A stretch of 64,000 nucleotides of DNA from Tubiluchus corallicola (taxonomy: Eukaryota; Animalia; Priapulida), in the NCBI GenBank assembly GCA_030141605.1, contig JAQGDQ010000403.1:62001-126000 (forward strand). The letters are read 5' to 3'. The translations under genes and the position numbers were made by a program. The notes under the pieces were generated by a model that saw nothing but the letters and a program-made list of their open reading frames with translations, had not been told where the DNA came from and searched no databases. Below are positions 12,801-27,800 of this stretch, in pieces; within the stretch, counting starts at the first letter, position 1, and every line of letters starts with the position of its first letter.

Positions 12801-15800
12801 AATAGGTTGTATTTTTTTGTGATGAATGGCTGAGCAGATCAGTGATCGGTAATTGATAAATGAACAATGGTGAACAAGTTCTAATCGACCCGTTGTTAAA
12901 TCAAGTTCTATCGCATCATTGTTAAATAATTGATCAGTTCAGTAAACTATTAAGCCGATCATCCATAAAAATTGCCGAATTTATAGGAAAATGCAAAAGT
13001 CAGCGAAAGTTCTGAGTCAAGACTTTAGACAAAATAAGAATAAACATGATAAACACACAAATTGTCATCAAAACAAGACTATTTAAACTCAAAATCAGGA
13101 AAATACCTCTGACCACCACTGAGTTCACTTAATGATTCTTTCCAAACATCTCCGAAAGCAACCTTCACTTCTAAACCATCCAGAACAGTTTGACCATCTG
13201 GTGGTGAAAGGCGAGCTTGTGTCCCAGGTAAGAGAGTGGAAAAAATGGATCCAAAGTCCTACACCAAAACAACACACATTAGTGCAGTTAGACATTCATC
13301 ATAAGTACAGTACCAAAATCACATTTTGTATAACAATGCATAATGTAAGTTTGAGCAAATAACAAATATTACACTTTAATGCATGTAATAAATTTTGTTA
13401 TTTTTTACTAACTAAATGACAGCTAGGTAGTAGTGTGGTGTCAGTGTGGTAGTAGTATGGTATCAGTGTGGTAGTAGTGTGGTATCAAATACCACAATTC
13501 ATTTAGCTTCATAAATAGATAACCTACGCATCCCAAAGATGCTAATTATTTTGTCATTCATACTTACAACTAAAATATCAGTAACTCTAGCCGATCAGTT
13601 TTGCAATGTTCAGAAAAATTTTGAGCACTTATTATGCTGGAATGTTGGCCATTAAATGTTTAAAAAACCAGAGTAAATAAACAACATTGGCAAGTTTTGT
13701 TCAAAAAGTCTGATTCGCTTCCTATGGTTTTATCAAGAAATCGTCAGGCCTTTCATCAGATGATATTTTTCTATGTGTTCAACAAGCAATATCATCATCA
13801 ATGTCAGCTACTGAGTCACTCAAAAAGCATTTTCTGATCAGTAATCACCACGTTACTTATCCCATCACCACTGATCACGAAAACATTTATAATATTGTTT
13901 TTTCAACATTAAAGAAAAGTAAGCAAAAACAGAAAGTGATACAGTTATTGCACAAATGATTATACAATAAGCAACTCTTCCATTTTAGCTGAGTTTTATA
14001 ATTTCAGTCACAGTGGCAAAAAATTTCCCCTTTAATACCTTATTAACTTGTCGATGAGCTTTTGTGAGAGCTTCATTTTTCTTCTCATCCAATTCAGCGA
14101 TAATAGCGGTAATCTTTGCTTTGTCATTTTCTACAATTTTCTTCTTTTTCATCAAATCGTTATACTGAAAAGAGCAAAGTATAAGTAAAGTCGGATATTC
14201 GTGATCTATAAAAATAGTACAAAGTAGAAGTGAGCATCAAATATTCGAGTCAAATGAGTTTTTTTAGTTCCAATTCGATTTGAACTTAAAATTATGGATT
14301 TGAATTAATTACCACTTCAAATGCATACCTTCTTTATCATCAAAGCATTTGAAATAATATGCAGTCAGCATAATTTCTGAGCACAATCTTTAAACAAACT
14401 CAGTACTATTTTTATTGCAAAATAAAATCAAGCAATGTGCGTGATCTCAGTGAGACTGCTTTTTACTAATGATTCAAAAGCTCATTCGAATATCTTTAAA
14501 AAGTGAAACTGAATTCGATTGGGATTCAACATCTGGAAATATGCTCTGATTCGAGTTTGAAAGTCACAAATTCTATTCAATTCAAATTTGCCTTCCGGTA
14601 GAGAATGCTCACCCCTACTAAAACTTACTGCAAATCTGCAAATTGCATTCTTTCTGGCTCTTACAGATGTTTAAAGCAAGCAGGTTATATTTTGCAACTA
14701 TACCGTGTCTCTGCAATGACGGTTTTTCATGTGTGGTAAGAATTAGTTTCAGTGAAAAGGAAGTAGCCCAGAAAATTGAAATAAATAAGAACAGCAACTT
14801 AATTTTGCAGTTTATGAGGAAGATAATGATCAGAATCGTGCAAACTTTCTACCATGTTTTCTTCAGCACAGCACAACGTTACAAACAGCAATATAGTGCC
14901 TTGTGTAGCAGTGACTTGAAAAAGTCATTGGTGTAAAAACAGCCATCACAGGCAATGGCAACACAAGTTAAGGCAACATTCTACAGCTACAATAGATAAA
15001 TTTCATAAACAAATTTGATACCAAAAGAGCACATTTCGTCAAAATCTCACACTTCTACTACATTATTATTAAATTATTATTAATTTAATAACTGAGTAAA
15101 TTGTTAAATAACTGAGATATAGAGTATATTAAATAACTTTGATACGCAAAGTACTAAGAGACCCTAAACAGTGAACACAACTATAATAGAAAAGCAAAAC
15201 AACATACATTAGTGCAGTTAGACATTCATCATAAGCACAGTACCAAAATCACATTTTGTATAACAATGCACAATGTAAGTCTGAGCAAATAACAAATGTT
15301 AGATTTTAATGCATGTAATAAATTGTTATTTTTTGCTAATTAAATGACAGCTAGGTAGTAGTAAAATTTTTCATCAAATACAACAATTTTGAAGAAATGT
15401 GCTCTTTTGGTATCAAATTTGTTTATGAAATTTATCTATATTAAAGATGTGCTCTAGAAATAGGCAGACATACCAGAGCTGTTATTTTTTCAAGAAGGAA
15501 AATTTCATACTTGTTCCTCAGCCTTCCCCAGCATGGTCATCGCTCGCATATTGACACTCTTTGCAAGTTTGCCTTTAGTCTCCTGTAACTTTTGCAGCCT
15601 CTTAGATGCCTCTTGTGGATCATTCTTTGTAAAATCATATGCCGTGTTCGGCTCGCCAAAATACTTCCGTTCCTCGGCTATCCAGTCGTGTTTTGCTAGC
15701 ATCTGTTGCACCTGTAAGAAAGCATAAAAAAATCTTTTGAGAGCAAAGCGTGAGATCTGTGGAATAAATGCAGACTACATCACAAAATAAACAATTATAT

Positions 15801-18800
15801 AGCTCACATTCACTTTGCAATAGGGCTTTGTAACAACACAGAACTCTTACCACCTGAAATTTGCTTGTTGTTCTAGTGGTGTACCTAGAATTTGTGGCAC
15901 TTGGGGGAGACACTCAAGTTTACTGGCACCTCGCCGATGAAAAATATAAAGTAGAAACATCCTTGTGTAAGAAGTTTTAGATTTATAAAATTTAGCGATG
16001 TTGTGTTGGACTTGCAGTAAGCTGTGCAGGTAAACTGATGAAAAAATAAAGATCTACTAAGTAAATTGTTTGTGAAGAAATAAATTCTTCGAGCATGCTT
16101 CAAAAGTTATGATGCTCAGAGGTTCCTTCAAATGTTAACACAAGAAACAGCATGATCATAAATGCACAGCAAAGAAATTCTGAACACAAAGAAAAGCTAC
16201 ATAAACATTATACAAAGATATTAAGTTATTAATTATCATTTTCCTTTGTCTTTTCTTGCAAACTTTCAGTAGAAATCGCTGTAAGTGAAATTTCCAGGGA
16301 AAATTAAACTTTGTCTGGCGTTTTGCCTTTCTATGACAGAATAAACTTTTCCAGTGCGCTTGACCAAAGTGCCACACTCTGAAAAGAGAGGCTCATGGCA
16401 GGTTACCCTCTGCTTACCGCCCTTATTGTGCCACTATGTTTTTTAAAATTGTGCTAGCAGTTCACAAAGAAGCGACGATAAGCTAACTATAAAGTTAATT
16501 AACAAAATAGAAATAAATCAAGTAAAAGAAGTGCTGCACCAGCGAAAGTCCATTAATACAATACAAGCCCGATGAAAACAAGCAGAGAAGAAAGACCAAG
16601 TCAATTTTACAAAGATGCAACAACAATGTTTGAAATTTGAGCTTTGTTAAAATAGCTAAGCCTACGGAATCAGACTGCTAGTAATTTTATACAAATAGTA
16701 ACAAATGGTGAGAAAACTAAACATAAATTCACAAAATGTTTTATTTTATTTGAGATATTCGTTATTAACCTGCCTATGCTGAATGCCCCATATTCTTACA
16801 TTAATTCCTAAAAAAAAGTATAGCTTTTATTTAATTATGTTAATTAAAATCGAATTTTCCTGGAATGCAATAGCACTACTAAGCGAGGACCTTCTGTATT
16901 TAAAAAAATAATAAATATCAAGTTTTCGTGACAGGTAGTCATTTTTCAATAATCATAATTCATAAACAAATCTTCTGCTTCTACTACATGCTTAAGATAA
17001 TGATCCACAATAACAGTAAAGCCAAAAAATATTGTAAAACAGTAAACTACAAAAAGCATTAATATTTCTACAAGCCTCACCGTTGTTGCCATTTCTGTAC
17101 TGTTCTTCTCCAATCTAACTTGATCAAGCTCGTACTCATGAAGTTTATTTGCAGCTTTATTCCTCTCATGCTTTTGCTTATCCAACTCCTGTTGTTTCAC
17201 ATGAATCTCCTGATTCTTTGCTTTCAAATCTTCCTTGGCTTTCTTTAGATTGTTGGTCAGTTCCTTGATCTCAGCCTGGAAATATCGCAGATAGCAGAAA
17301 CATAAACAAAATATAGATTAATGTTTCAAACCTGCCAATTGTTTAATTACGATATTTTCAAATCGATCACAGCCAACTAAAAAATAAATGCAATTTTTTA
17401 TTAATATTATTAATCACACATTTCAAATGACATACACAACCTGTACACTAACCAAGTATGTGCTAAAAAATATATAAATCTCAGTTATGTATAAATTTGA
17501 TAGTGTAAAAGATTTTTCTGGTTCAAATTATGCATGCTGTGGGACAATTTTTTAAATTTAACATAACGCAATTATTTCGTGGACCAGACAAAAACACTTT
17601 TCAAAATTTGTAATCAATGATAGCACAATTGAGGCACAAAAACTTTCTAGCATTATGCACTGATACAAGAAGAAACTTGTGAAAAATCAAAACTGAGGAT
17701 AATTTCCTCTATCAACAATTTAACTGTCTGTCTTAAGAAGCACAAATATGTAAAATACTTACTTTTACATTGGATAGCTCTTCACTAGTATCATTAATTT
17801 GTTGCTCAAAGTTTGAAATTGCTTGATCAACGGATTCAATCTGACCATTATAAGAATCGAGGGCTTGCTTCAGTTCCTCTACTTCCAGCTTCAATGTGTC
17901 CATTTCCTAGAAAATCACGCGAAATTTTAAGACAACGCAAGTAGGTGGAGCCGTTCACTATTTGTGCAGTTCAACAACTTGTAATTGATAAAGTCAAGGT
18001 TCCAAATCAAAAATCAAATATGGAATTAAATACAACAGTTATCTGACCTCGGTAGATGCAAAGTAACTATATGACATCTTATACAGCACTTTATTTTATT
18101 TTTAAAAACTCAGTTCTCTACTTTAACTACTTGCAGATGCGATACTATTTAGTATACAAAACAAAAAAATAATGCTGAGCATTTGTGTGGCAGGATCATA
18201 ATAATAATAATTTCGTTTTAGACATGGTCCAAGGATAACACCTTAAGTACCTCAAAACTTATTTCCAATTATTATTACCCGCACGTTACTTAGATAAACC
18301 TGCGTGCTTGGTTAAAGAACCAGCAGTACCATTTTTCCAGTATTTGGTATGACTCGGTCGAAAGTGGAACTCACGACCTCCACGGGTGGTAAGCGAGCAC
18401 GCTACCATTGAGCTATGCCACTCGGTACTTTACACGAATGCATGACAGTATACTCTTGTTAATCTTGTAAAAACAAAAGCATAACAAAAATAATGTTTTA
18501 TGAATGTAATTACTGTGGTAAAAATTTGGAAATCTCATGCCGTTTTCAAATCATGCCATCAGTTTCCCAAACATAAATAGCTCAGATAACATACTTGTTG
18601 TTTCTCTTTCATCTCTTTAGCAGACGCTTCCGTTTTCTTTTTAGTGCTGGCAATTTCTTTTTCCGCCGTCTTCAACTCTTGCTCGCGTATTTTCTTGGCA
18701 TTTTTGACTTTGTATTCCAAATCTTTCACCTTTTCGGCCAGTTTGTGTTCATTCTCCTTGGCAACAGACAGCACAGTTTCTGACTTTTCTGCACAAAAAA

Positions 18801-21800
18801 TGACAGAACTATACATTTTTCAAAAAGTATTTTCTTTGCTTTTGTGCTTTACACAAACCATGCAAAACATTTGCATATAAATAAATTCATAAATGCTGCA
18901 AGCATGTACGTTACTTCTGGTAACATACGGTTACATCTTTTTGAGGATTACAGGGATGAGAATGACAAATTGTAAAAAAACTATGAAACAGGCCAGGGGT
19001 TTTGGGGCCACCTAGGCCCCCAATGGAGTTCAAGGGGAACCAGCAACAAATTGCAATTTTGTGACCATAGAGAGCCTCTAAGTGTACTTAAAATATCAGT
19101 TACCTTGTTTCATGCATAATTTAAAATACCCAACTATCAAGGATACATGATACGTAATTGTGTCAAAAACGCCTAAGTACTGGCCGCTCCTATGCAAAAG
19201 TATATAAAAACTGTCTGTAATTGACACAAATACCTCCGCACAATTGATTCCATATTTTTATACATGGAGATATACACGTGGGTTACACCGATGTACGTGA
19301 CGTAAACAAAGTGATGGGCTGCCAACTAGTGGTCCGCTTGTGAAATAATGTACTGGGTCCGTAAAAATTCTCTCAACGAATTTACGCGATTTACAAAAAT
19401 GGCATTACTGGTCTTCCAAAAACTCGAAATTCCGCGTATCCACAGAAAATTCTCATCCCTGGGATTATATTAAGTTACGCTCATTTTAAAGCAACATATT
19501 TAGGATGCAGTACATAATTCATGCAGCAAAATCTACTGCAGATATCAGGGCTAGCTTCATTTGTTACAAAGTCAAAACCCAAAGTAGAACGCATTTCCGT
19601 TACAAGTACCTGTAGCATCAAGCAATAATTTGCATAATTTCTATTTCACTGAATTATAATTAGAGTACAATTCAATTCAAAGGTTTATTCATCTCTAATA
19701 TAATATTTATAGCGCAAATACAACAAATTACGTAAAGTATATAGAGATGGGGTGGCGAAAGACCAGGAGGTCATCGAGTCAGCCACCCCTATATAACTTA
19801 GAAATATTATAAGGCACGGCAGACTACATGGTTAAGTGAATAAATACGTAGTTAGGTCTTAAGTGTAGCAAATAAACAAAATGCAAAGCAGTTATATTAT
19901 AATGATACCAATGGAAAAAAAGCAAGCAAATAATGCAATTAAAAATTAAAACAACAACTGAACAAGTCACGAATGCAACAACAAAAAAGCAAGCAATCTC
20001 GTTAAATCAAGAAATTATTTTGCTTGTTAAAAAAGCTTAACAGCAAAGCAGAAACTTTTAGACAGCATTGGTATGAAATTTCTAGCACTAAGAAATGAGC
20101 TGTGATTTTACAATTATTTTACTTTTCATCGAATCATTTCCCTCTTATCAACCTACCAATAGCCTCTTGCATAGCCTTGATTTCTTCGAGTTGTTGATGA
20201 TGACTGCTTTGTTGCTGTCTCATCTCTACTAGTTTTTTGTCGTGACATTTAATTTCATATTGTTCTTTCAAGTGCCTGTACCTAGAATAACAATATTATT
20301 GCTTAAGAAGCATTAAAGAACAACATAAAATTTCCATCCACTGTACGCACATCACATTTTTTACATTATCAGGCGTGTTGACACCAACTAGCCACCTAAT
20401 CATTCTGATTTACATATTTTAGCGATTCTGATCACTAATAAATGAAACAGTTATTTTGGACCAAAAAATTAAGTAGACCAGAAAAAAATAGGACGAGACT
20501 ACACAAAGGACAACTTTGGCTATCACATTTGCGAAATTTTGATAAGCTAATTTTGTTGCCCTACAAAGGGCTCTGCAGGGCAAAACTGAAGGTTACAAAG
20601 AAAACAGTTTGATGAAGAATTAGTGTACCACCTGTCAACAATACTCTATTCAGGGATGAGAATGACAAATTGCAAAAGCCCTGAAACAGGTCGAAGGTTT
20701 GGGGGCCGCGTAGGGGGTTCAAGGGCGGAGCCAGCAACAAATTGCAATTTTGTGACCATAGAGAGCCTCTAAGTGGACTTAAAATATCAGTTACCTTGTT
20801 TCAGGCATAATTTAAAATACCAAACAATCAACAATACATGATACTTAATTATCTCAAAAATGCCTAAGTACTGGCCGCTCCTATGCAAAAACTGTCTGCA
20901 ATTGACTCAAATAACTCCGCACAATCGATTCTATATTTTTATACATAGAGATCTACACGTGGTTACACTGATGTACGTGATGTAAACAAAGTGACGGCCT
21001 GCCAACTAGCGGTCAGCTTGTGAAATAATGTACTGGGTCCGTAAAAATTTCTCAACGAATTTACGCGATTTACAAAAATGGCACTACTGGTCTTACAAAA
21101 ACTCGGAATTCCGCGTATCCGCGGAAAATTCTCATCCCTGTCTATTGCAAAAGCAAAAGGCAGGGAAAACGTTAGGTAATTCGACGATACTAGTATCTGA
21201 ACTTACATGTAATTATCCAATAAGCACACACATCATATGAACCCAGGGTAAAAATGATTAAAGAATTCTCTACCTACTTGTCGGCAACTTTCTTTAGCTG
21301 GTCCAGCTTCTTGTCAAGAACCTCTAATTCCCGACGTTTGTCATGCAACTGCTGTTGCACGTCCGCCATTTCCTGTAACTTCTCAAGAACTGGTTTAACT
21401 TGCTGGCGAGCACCTGGCAAATTTGAAAACACCATTATCAAAAACATGTAAACACATCACAATTTATGCAGTTATCAAACTTCACTTGATATTAAATGTC
21501 AAGTATAAAAAATGCAAACTAAATCTCATATTTCAAAAGAAACATGAACTTTTCAATTAGCAAACCTCCAGACAGGGTTCCTTGCGGGTCAAACGACTCT
21601 CCCGCTAAGGTCACAGAGCGCTTCTTGATCTGTGGATGAAACGTAACTGCTTTTGCAACATCCATGTTTGAGCAGATAAACGAGTTACCGAACACGTACT
21701 TCATTGCAGCATCAAGGTCAGGTTTATATCCTACCAGAGATAAACCTGTACGAGCATTGCCTGCTCCAACCTGCAACAATTACACATGTCTGCATTTTTG

Positions 21801-24800
21801 CTGAGTTTAAAAATTGTTAGCAAGTATGAGATAAAGTTACAGAAAAATCATTTCTAAAATTTTCAGGGTATGCCGATTTCGTTTTATAATATTTGCAAAA
21901 TTTTAGGATGCCATTCCAAAATGGTTAATAAAGATTGTGCTGGTTATACTTCAGTCTCTATTTATAAATATAAAATAGTTTTGCACTTAAAGTGATTAGG
22001 GTTAGTTAATTATTATGTAAACGAATTAATTTTCTTAATCAGCACCGATACCTTGTTTCATTCTGAACTCTAAGATAGCTGCAAAAAGTTACCATATTTT
22101 ATCTTCTAAATTCCAGCATACACACACGAAAATGTTTGCACCTGTGTGTGGAACATGTAAGTTAATAAATTTGTTTAGTTCTCAGCAGTGTGAACTATTT
22201 CTGGTTTCCTTTTCAAATGAAACATGGCTACTAAGTTGGCTGCCTCAGAAACACATAAAAAACTACATCACAACTTTTGTGTTACCAATATAGAGATGAT
22301 GCTAACACACACTACACGATAGAAATTCCTATCGCACTAAACCACTGCAACTTTGCAGCAAAAGTTTACAATCCATGAGTTCCAGAAATTAGATGAACCA
22401 GATTAGGGTTAGAGTTTGGGTATTTAAATTGTGTGGGCAACTGTAAGCTCCCTCCAAATCACCTACTAAAATGAGATGAAATATAGGCAAATGAATTGTG
22501 GATCACTTTCGTGTATCACTAATAATGTATAAAGAATAATTTAATTACTAAACTTTTTTCAAACTGTTTTTTCTCAGCTTTTCCTATTACTACGCAGCAT
22601 GTTAACAACGAAATACTATGTAATTATGCAGACATTCTCAACTTACTAAACCATATTGACTCTCCTTAAACAAGATAATTAACATATCATTCCTAATTCT
22701 TACAATTCCTTGCTAAAGGCACTGTCTTTACAGGGTAGCTGACTTGATGACCAATTGGTCTTTCGCTACCCTTTCTCCTGCACCCCCCCCAGCTCTTTCC
22801 TCTATGCTTAATTTATCCTTTTTAATCAATAACTATAAAATAATAGTCAATTTGTATACTGGTGTAAATGAGGAGATAAATAAAGATGTCTATGTCTATG
22901 TCTATGTCTTTACAAATATCATACTAAAAAATTTATTTTGCTTCTGTGTAGATCGAAACTAATAAAAGATCTACTAAGCCGTAAAAAACCAACGGAACCA
23001 AAATATATTCCAAGCTGGAAATGATAGAAATATTTAAATAACAGGGAATACTCAGATTTTACAAATAAAAAACCAACAGAACCAAAATATATTTCAAGCT
23101 GAAAATGATAGAAATATTTAAATAACCGGGAATACTCAGATTTTACAAATAAAAAAACTAACAGAACCAAAATATATTTCATGCTGGAAATGATAGAAAT
23201 ATTTAAATAACAGGGAATACTCAGATTTTACAAATAAAAATTTGCTGTATTTCCTACATCTAGAAGGAACGATTCGAATTATAATACTTTGTCAGTCTTG
23301 ACAGCGAGACTCGCTAAATAAGTTAAAAGTTCAGACTTTTCTATATCTATCCCTAATTGTCCTCCAGTTTTTCTTATTGTGAAAATTTACAAATGTTTCA
23401 TTCTTATTAATTTCCCACTCAATATATAAAAAAAGTACAAACAATAACTTGTGTGCCACAGTAATGAAAACAAGGTTAATATCAACTAAAAACTTGAAAT
23501 ACAAACCAGTGATTGTGCTTTTCGTGCCACACCATCTGGAATCGGATTAGACTGGATCTTATTCAAAGGAATGATTGTGTAGCGACGTCTCAACTGACCT
23601 TTGTCCAAAAGCTTTTTACCTGTTGCGTCTGTATCCACAATAATGTTGTACAACTAAAAAACAGGAAAAGAAACAGGATCAGTATACTCTCGGCTAATCT
23701 TTAGGGAAAGCAATTTCTAAACGTACTTACACAGGCTTGCGTAAAGCATATAATTTCAATACACAAACTTGGGAGACTATTCATTTGAATGATTTATAAT
23801 TATTCCAGCTATCACATTCAAACTCTTTTTCATTCCACATAACTATTCCGCTTACTTTGCCACCTGCTGCAACTTCCAAGGCCGTGGCTGTACTGACGTC
23901 TTTCAATTCGATCAGTTTTGCAACCATGCCCTTAACCTTGCGACGGTCAAAATTCTTCTCAGGATCTACATATTCAAACTGAAGCTGAGGGAATCTAAAA
24001 TAAATTGAAAAACAAGCAATGTCAGTCAAAAGTCAGACAAAGTTAAAATAACTTCTAACTGTTCTAACATTTAACTTCAAGTATTTTAAAATGTGGTAAA
24101 ATATTGTCAATCTTCGTATTAAGTCGACCACGAAAAAATAATTTGTTTCTGTCTTACTTCATGAGTTCAAAAGATGTAGGCAGACATAAAAAGTAGTAAC
24201 AGAAAGAAATAAGATGTCCAGATAATATAACTGTAACAAAAATTATACCAATATAAGTCACATTCAGTGTTACTCGGTGTATTTATCGCTGATAGCTCAG
24301 TGACAAAAACATTTGGAACATTTATAACATTACAACGTTTATAACAAAATGACTTCTGGCTATGGTTATAGTCAAACATAGAAACAAATAATCCAAAAAT
24401 AACCCAATGGCAGATCAAAAATTCAGAAACGAACCGTGACTCTAGGTCATCAATCCTTTTGCTGAGATCTTGTACTTCCAATGCCACATTGCGTCGAGTC
24501 GTAAACAACTGTTCCTCTTCCCCATCTTCATAATTTAATTTTTGCATTTGCGCCTGTTAGAAAAATTAACTGAACTGATAAATTCAAAATAGAAATGAAC
24601 AAAAAGCTTTTTACTGGCTTACACACATGCATGTACAACAAGCAATGATAATGCCTCAAGTAACAATAATCTTTTTATTAACAGCTTTTGTTGGGGATAA
24701 TGATACTGTCATGTGCTGTCACCTTTTAGGCCTTGAATGAATTTCTTGCTTTAAATTTGTTAGCCTGTACTTATATACTCATGTGATTCAATCTGGTTTT

Positions 24801-27800
24801 ATGCAGAAGTCAATAGGACAGTAGACTGTTACACTGTCTAGGTGTTTGCTGTCTGTTTATACTTAATTTAGCCAAATTCAATGATTTGATAAATTCTTCT
24901 GACCTGTTTCTGTAGTTTTCTGATGCCTTTAAGTTTAAATGCCAGGGCTGGCCAGTATATGTAAGTTTAATATGATTATTATTAATTTTTTTTGGATTAC
25001 TTAAAAGAGAAGTTTAACTTCTATTTCATGTAGCAGTTTACTATTTTACAATTGTTGTGCTTTGTGAAAATTGTTTAATTCATACCTAAATGATTTAATA
25101 TTTTGATTTAGTTCCTATTTTATAATAATCTTGTATAATCATCTGAATTTGCAAAATGCTCTTATTTTATTTTCTCAGAATAAATAACCGTTAGCAAGCC
25201 AATGCGGAATTTGAAGTTTTGTTTTGGGGCATTCTGTCAGCTACAGCTTTCGTCACAAAACCTTTTTGCTAATAATTTTCATTAGTTCTTAAAAAACTGG
25301 CAAGTTAACGGCATACTTCCAAGAGTAATTACATGCATTACTTCACTTACCTCTATATGTTTCACGTCTTTCTCTATAGCTGCTAAATCGCTTTGGTCTT
25401 TCTTGTACGTATGCTCAGTGCGCTTTAGATCTGCTTGTTTCTTCTTGATTTCATCTTTATTATGCTTGAGGATCATCTGAGCTTGTTTTGTTTCTGTCTC
25501 AGCTCTGCTGATTTCCTGTTTAGCAGCTAAACAAGCAGAAAGAAGCCGTTTATTCCAAGTAAAAACAAACTCACTTATTAGCAATGGGTGAAATCACTCA
25601 CGTACTTCACTTGCTCCGTTACAGATGAAATTATAGCAAAGGATGGCCTTGATTGAGCTGAGCACCTGTAACAGCTAATTATAAATAAATAAATAAAACA
25701 CATCAACCTGAGTCGTTTGTTATGATGTTTCAACTTTCAACTTTCAATTACCAGGTATTTTTCTGATTGACAATGACATTCTGATTGATAAGTGAGAAAA
25801 CTCCGTTGGACGACCGTTACTGGTAATGAGCTAGATTCTGGTCTCACCACAACTCCTCACATTAGTAATTATACTCCTCTAGCAAATTAACGCTGAATTT
25901 TAGTTCGCTGTACTGATTTAAAGAAATAATACAAAATTTACAAAGTTTCCATCTTTGGAGCTTCTGATTAAATCAACTCATAAATTGAATTCTGCACTAA
26001 AAACAATAAAAGAAATTCTCCCTTACTGATCTTTGATCAATGGGTTTGTTAACATGTTCAATCATGGGAAAATTTAAATAAAATTCACTAGAAATCATAG
26101 CATACTTGCATATAGACTGAACTGACATATACACTCACCCATAAGCTGTTCTGCAATTGTAGCATCTTCCCCATCTGTATTACTGCTAAGTCCAGCACTG
26201 ACAGCCTGATAGTGCTCCTGGGCCGTTTTATGAGAATCTTGATCGGTTTCGTACCGTTTCATCACTTCCTCATAAAGCTTTGACATCTCCTCCATTTGCT
26301 GTTCCTTTTCTTTAATTGACGTGGCGTCCTAAAAATACAGATAACCCAAAGAACCAGGAATCAGAAATGAATCAGCATTCAAGGTAAAAGCTCCTTTTGC
26401 TTCTAACGAAATAAAATCAATTGATAAACCGTATTTCGTACAGATTTATAGATAAAAATAGTACAAACGAAAATGCCATAAGACTGATGCTAGTCCGGGG
26501 AGTTGGATATTTTTTAACACAGTACAGGCATTCCACTTTACTCGACATGTTCTTGGGAACTTTCCTAACATACTTCTCCCATTTGAGATCATAATGTAAG
26601 GCCAGGCAAGCAGTCAAGATAGGTCAGGGAAAGAAAAAAACACCTTACAGTAAACAGTACAATTGTATGACGGCAAAAAATGTTACACGTTTTGTCTTGT
26701 ATGATATACAAAAGAGATATGAAACAAACGTTTAAATTTACAATGTTTATAACAGGTTCATTGTTAAGAAAATTCACAATCGTGAGGTCCTGTAGGACCT
26801 AGTGCAAAGAGGAAAACCGACTGTCTATGTGTCCCAAAAAAACTGTTACAGTGGACAGCAACAACAATAATACACAGCTTGTCTAAGTTAACTATGCAAC
26901 AAAATTGAAGTAATTCAATATCTTGACTACCTACTTTGTCAAAAAAATCAGAAAAATAAGGGTGAAAATGGGAAAATTCTACGAGGCTACATGCAGTAAG
27001 CCTTTCAGCCAATCGAGGTAATCACTATGGGAAATCTTTGAATGTTACAGTGAAATTTAGTAGTCAGCCGGTCAAATACCTCATCTTTCTGTTTAAGCAA
27101 GTCACGCTTCTTCTTTTCCTCAACTTTCAAGCTCTCCTTCACGCTGCCAAGGTTACTCTGAACCTTTGCTTCTTGTGGTCTTTTCTTTTGCAAATCTTTT
27201 TCCAACTTGTCGATTTCTCCTCTTGATTCCTGCACATAAGTAAGAAAATGGTTAAAACCGAAGAACCACGCAAGAAAGAATAACAATACATTTGCTGAAA
27301 CGTACAATTGATCACAGTTATACAGTCTATCCATAACCAAATTCAAGTTTATTAACATTATTATAATAGAAATATGCAGAATTCTACTGTGATACTAACC
27401 ATTCATAATACAAAGTATTACATAGTGACTTATTTCTTCTTATTTTACAGCAGAATAAGTTTTCAATACCTTTTTAACTTTTCTAACTTTTGATTGTAAA
27501 GTATTGTAAGTAAGTAAGTAAGTATCTTTATTTATCACCTTTTTTACAAGAAAAACACAGAGCATGAAATGATAATAGGATAAAAAGTGACAAGATTATT
27601 AAATGAATGAATTATCTGAGTTAATGATGATCAAGTGATTGGTGAAAGGGTGGCGAAAAACTAAAACTTACCAAAGTCAACCACCCTGTAAGTAATGTTG
27701 CTATTAGTAATATCCGCAATTATCTTGACGAAGATTTCAGAATAAGGTGTGTAAAACTATTGAGATTAAGTTTAAATTTGAACATAAATTTGAACATTGA

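Noticed and set aside
13741-13805. Intronic C/D-box snoRNA candidate on the minus strand (ATGATGA...CTGA)
   Set aside because: Short, with no convincing terminal stem or recognisable guide; better explained as a local inverted repeat.
22732-22772. Hammerhead ribozyme
   Set aside because: GAAA next to a stem is present on one strand, but the CUGANGA core and the three-stem junction are absent.
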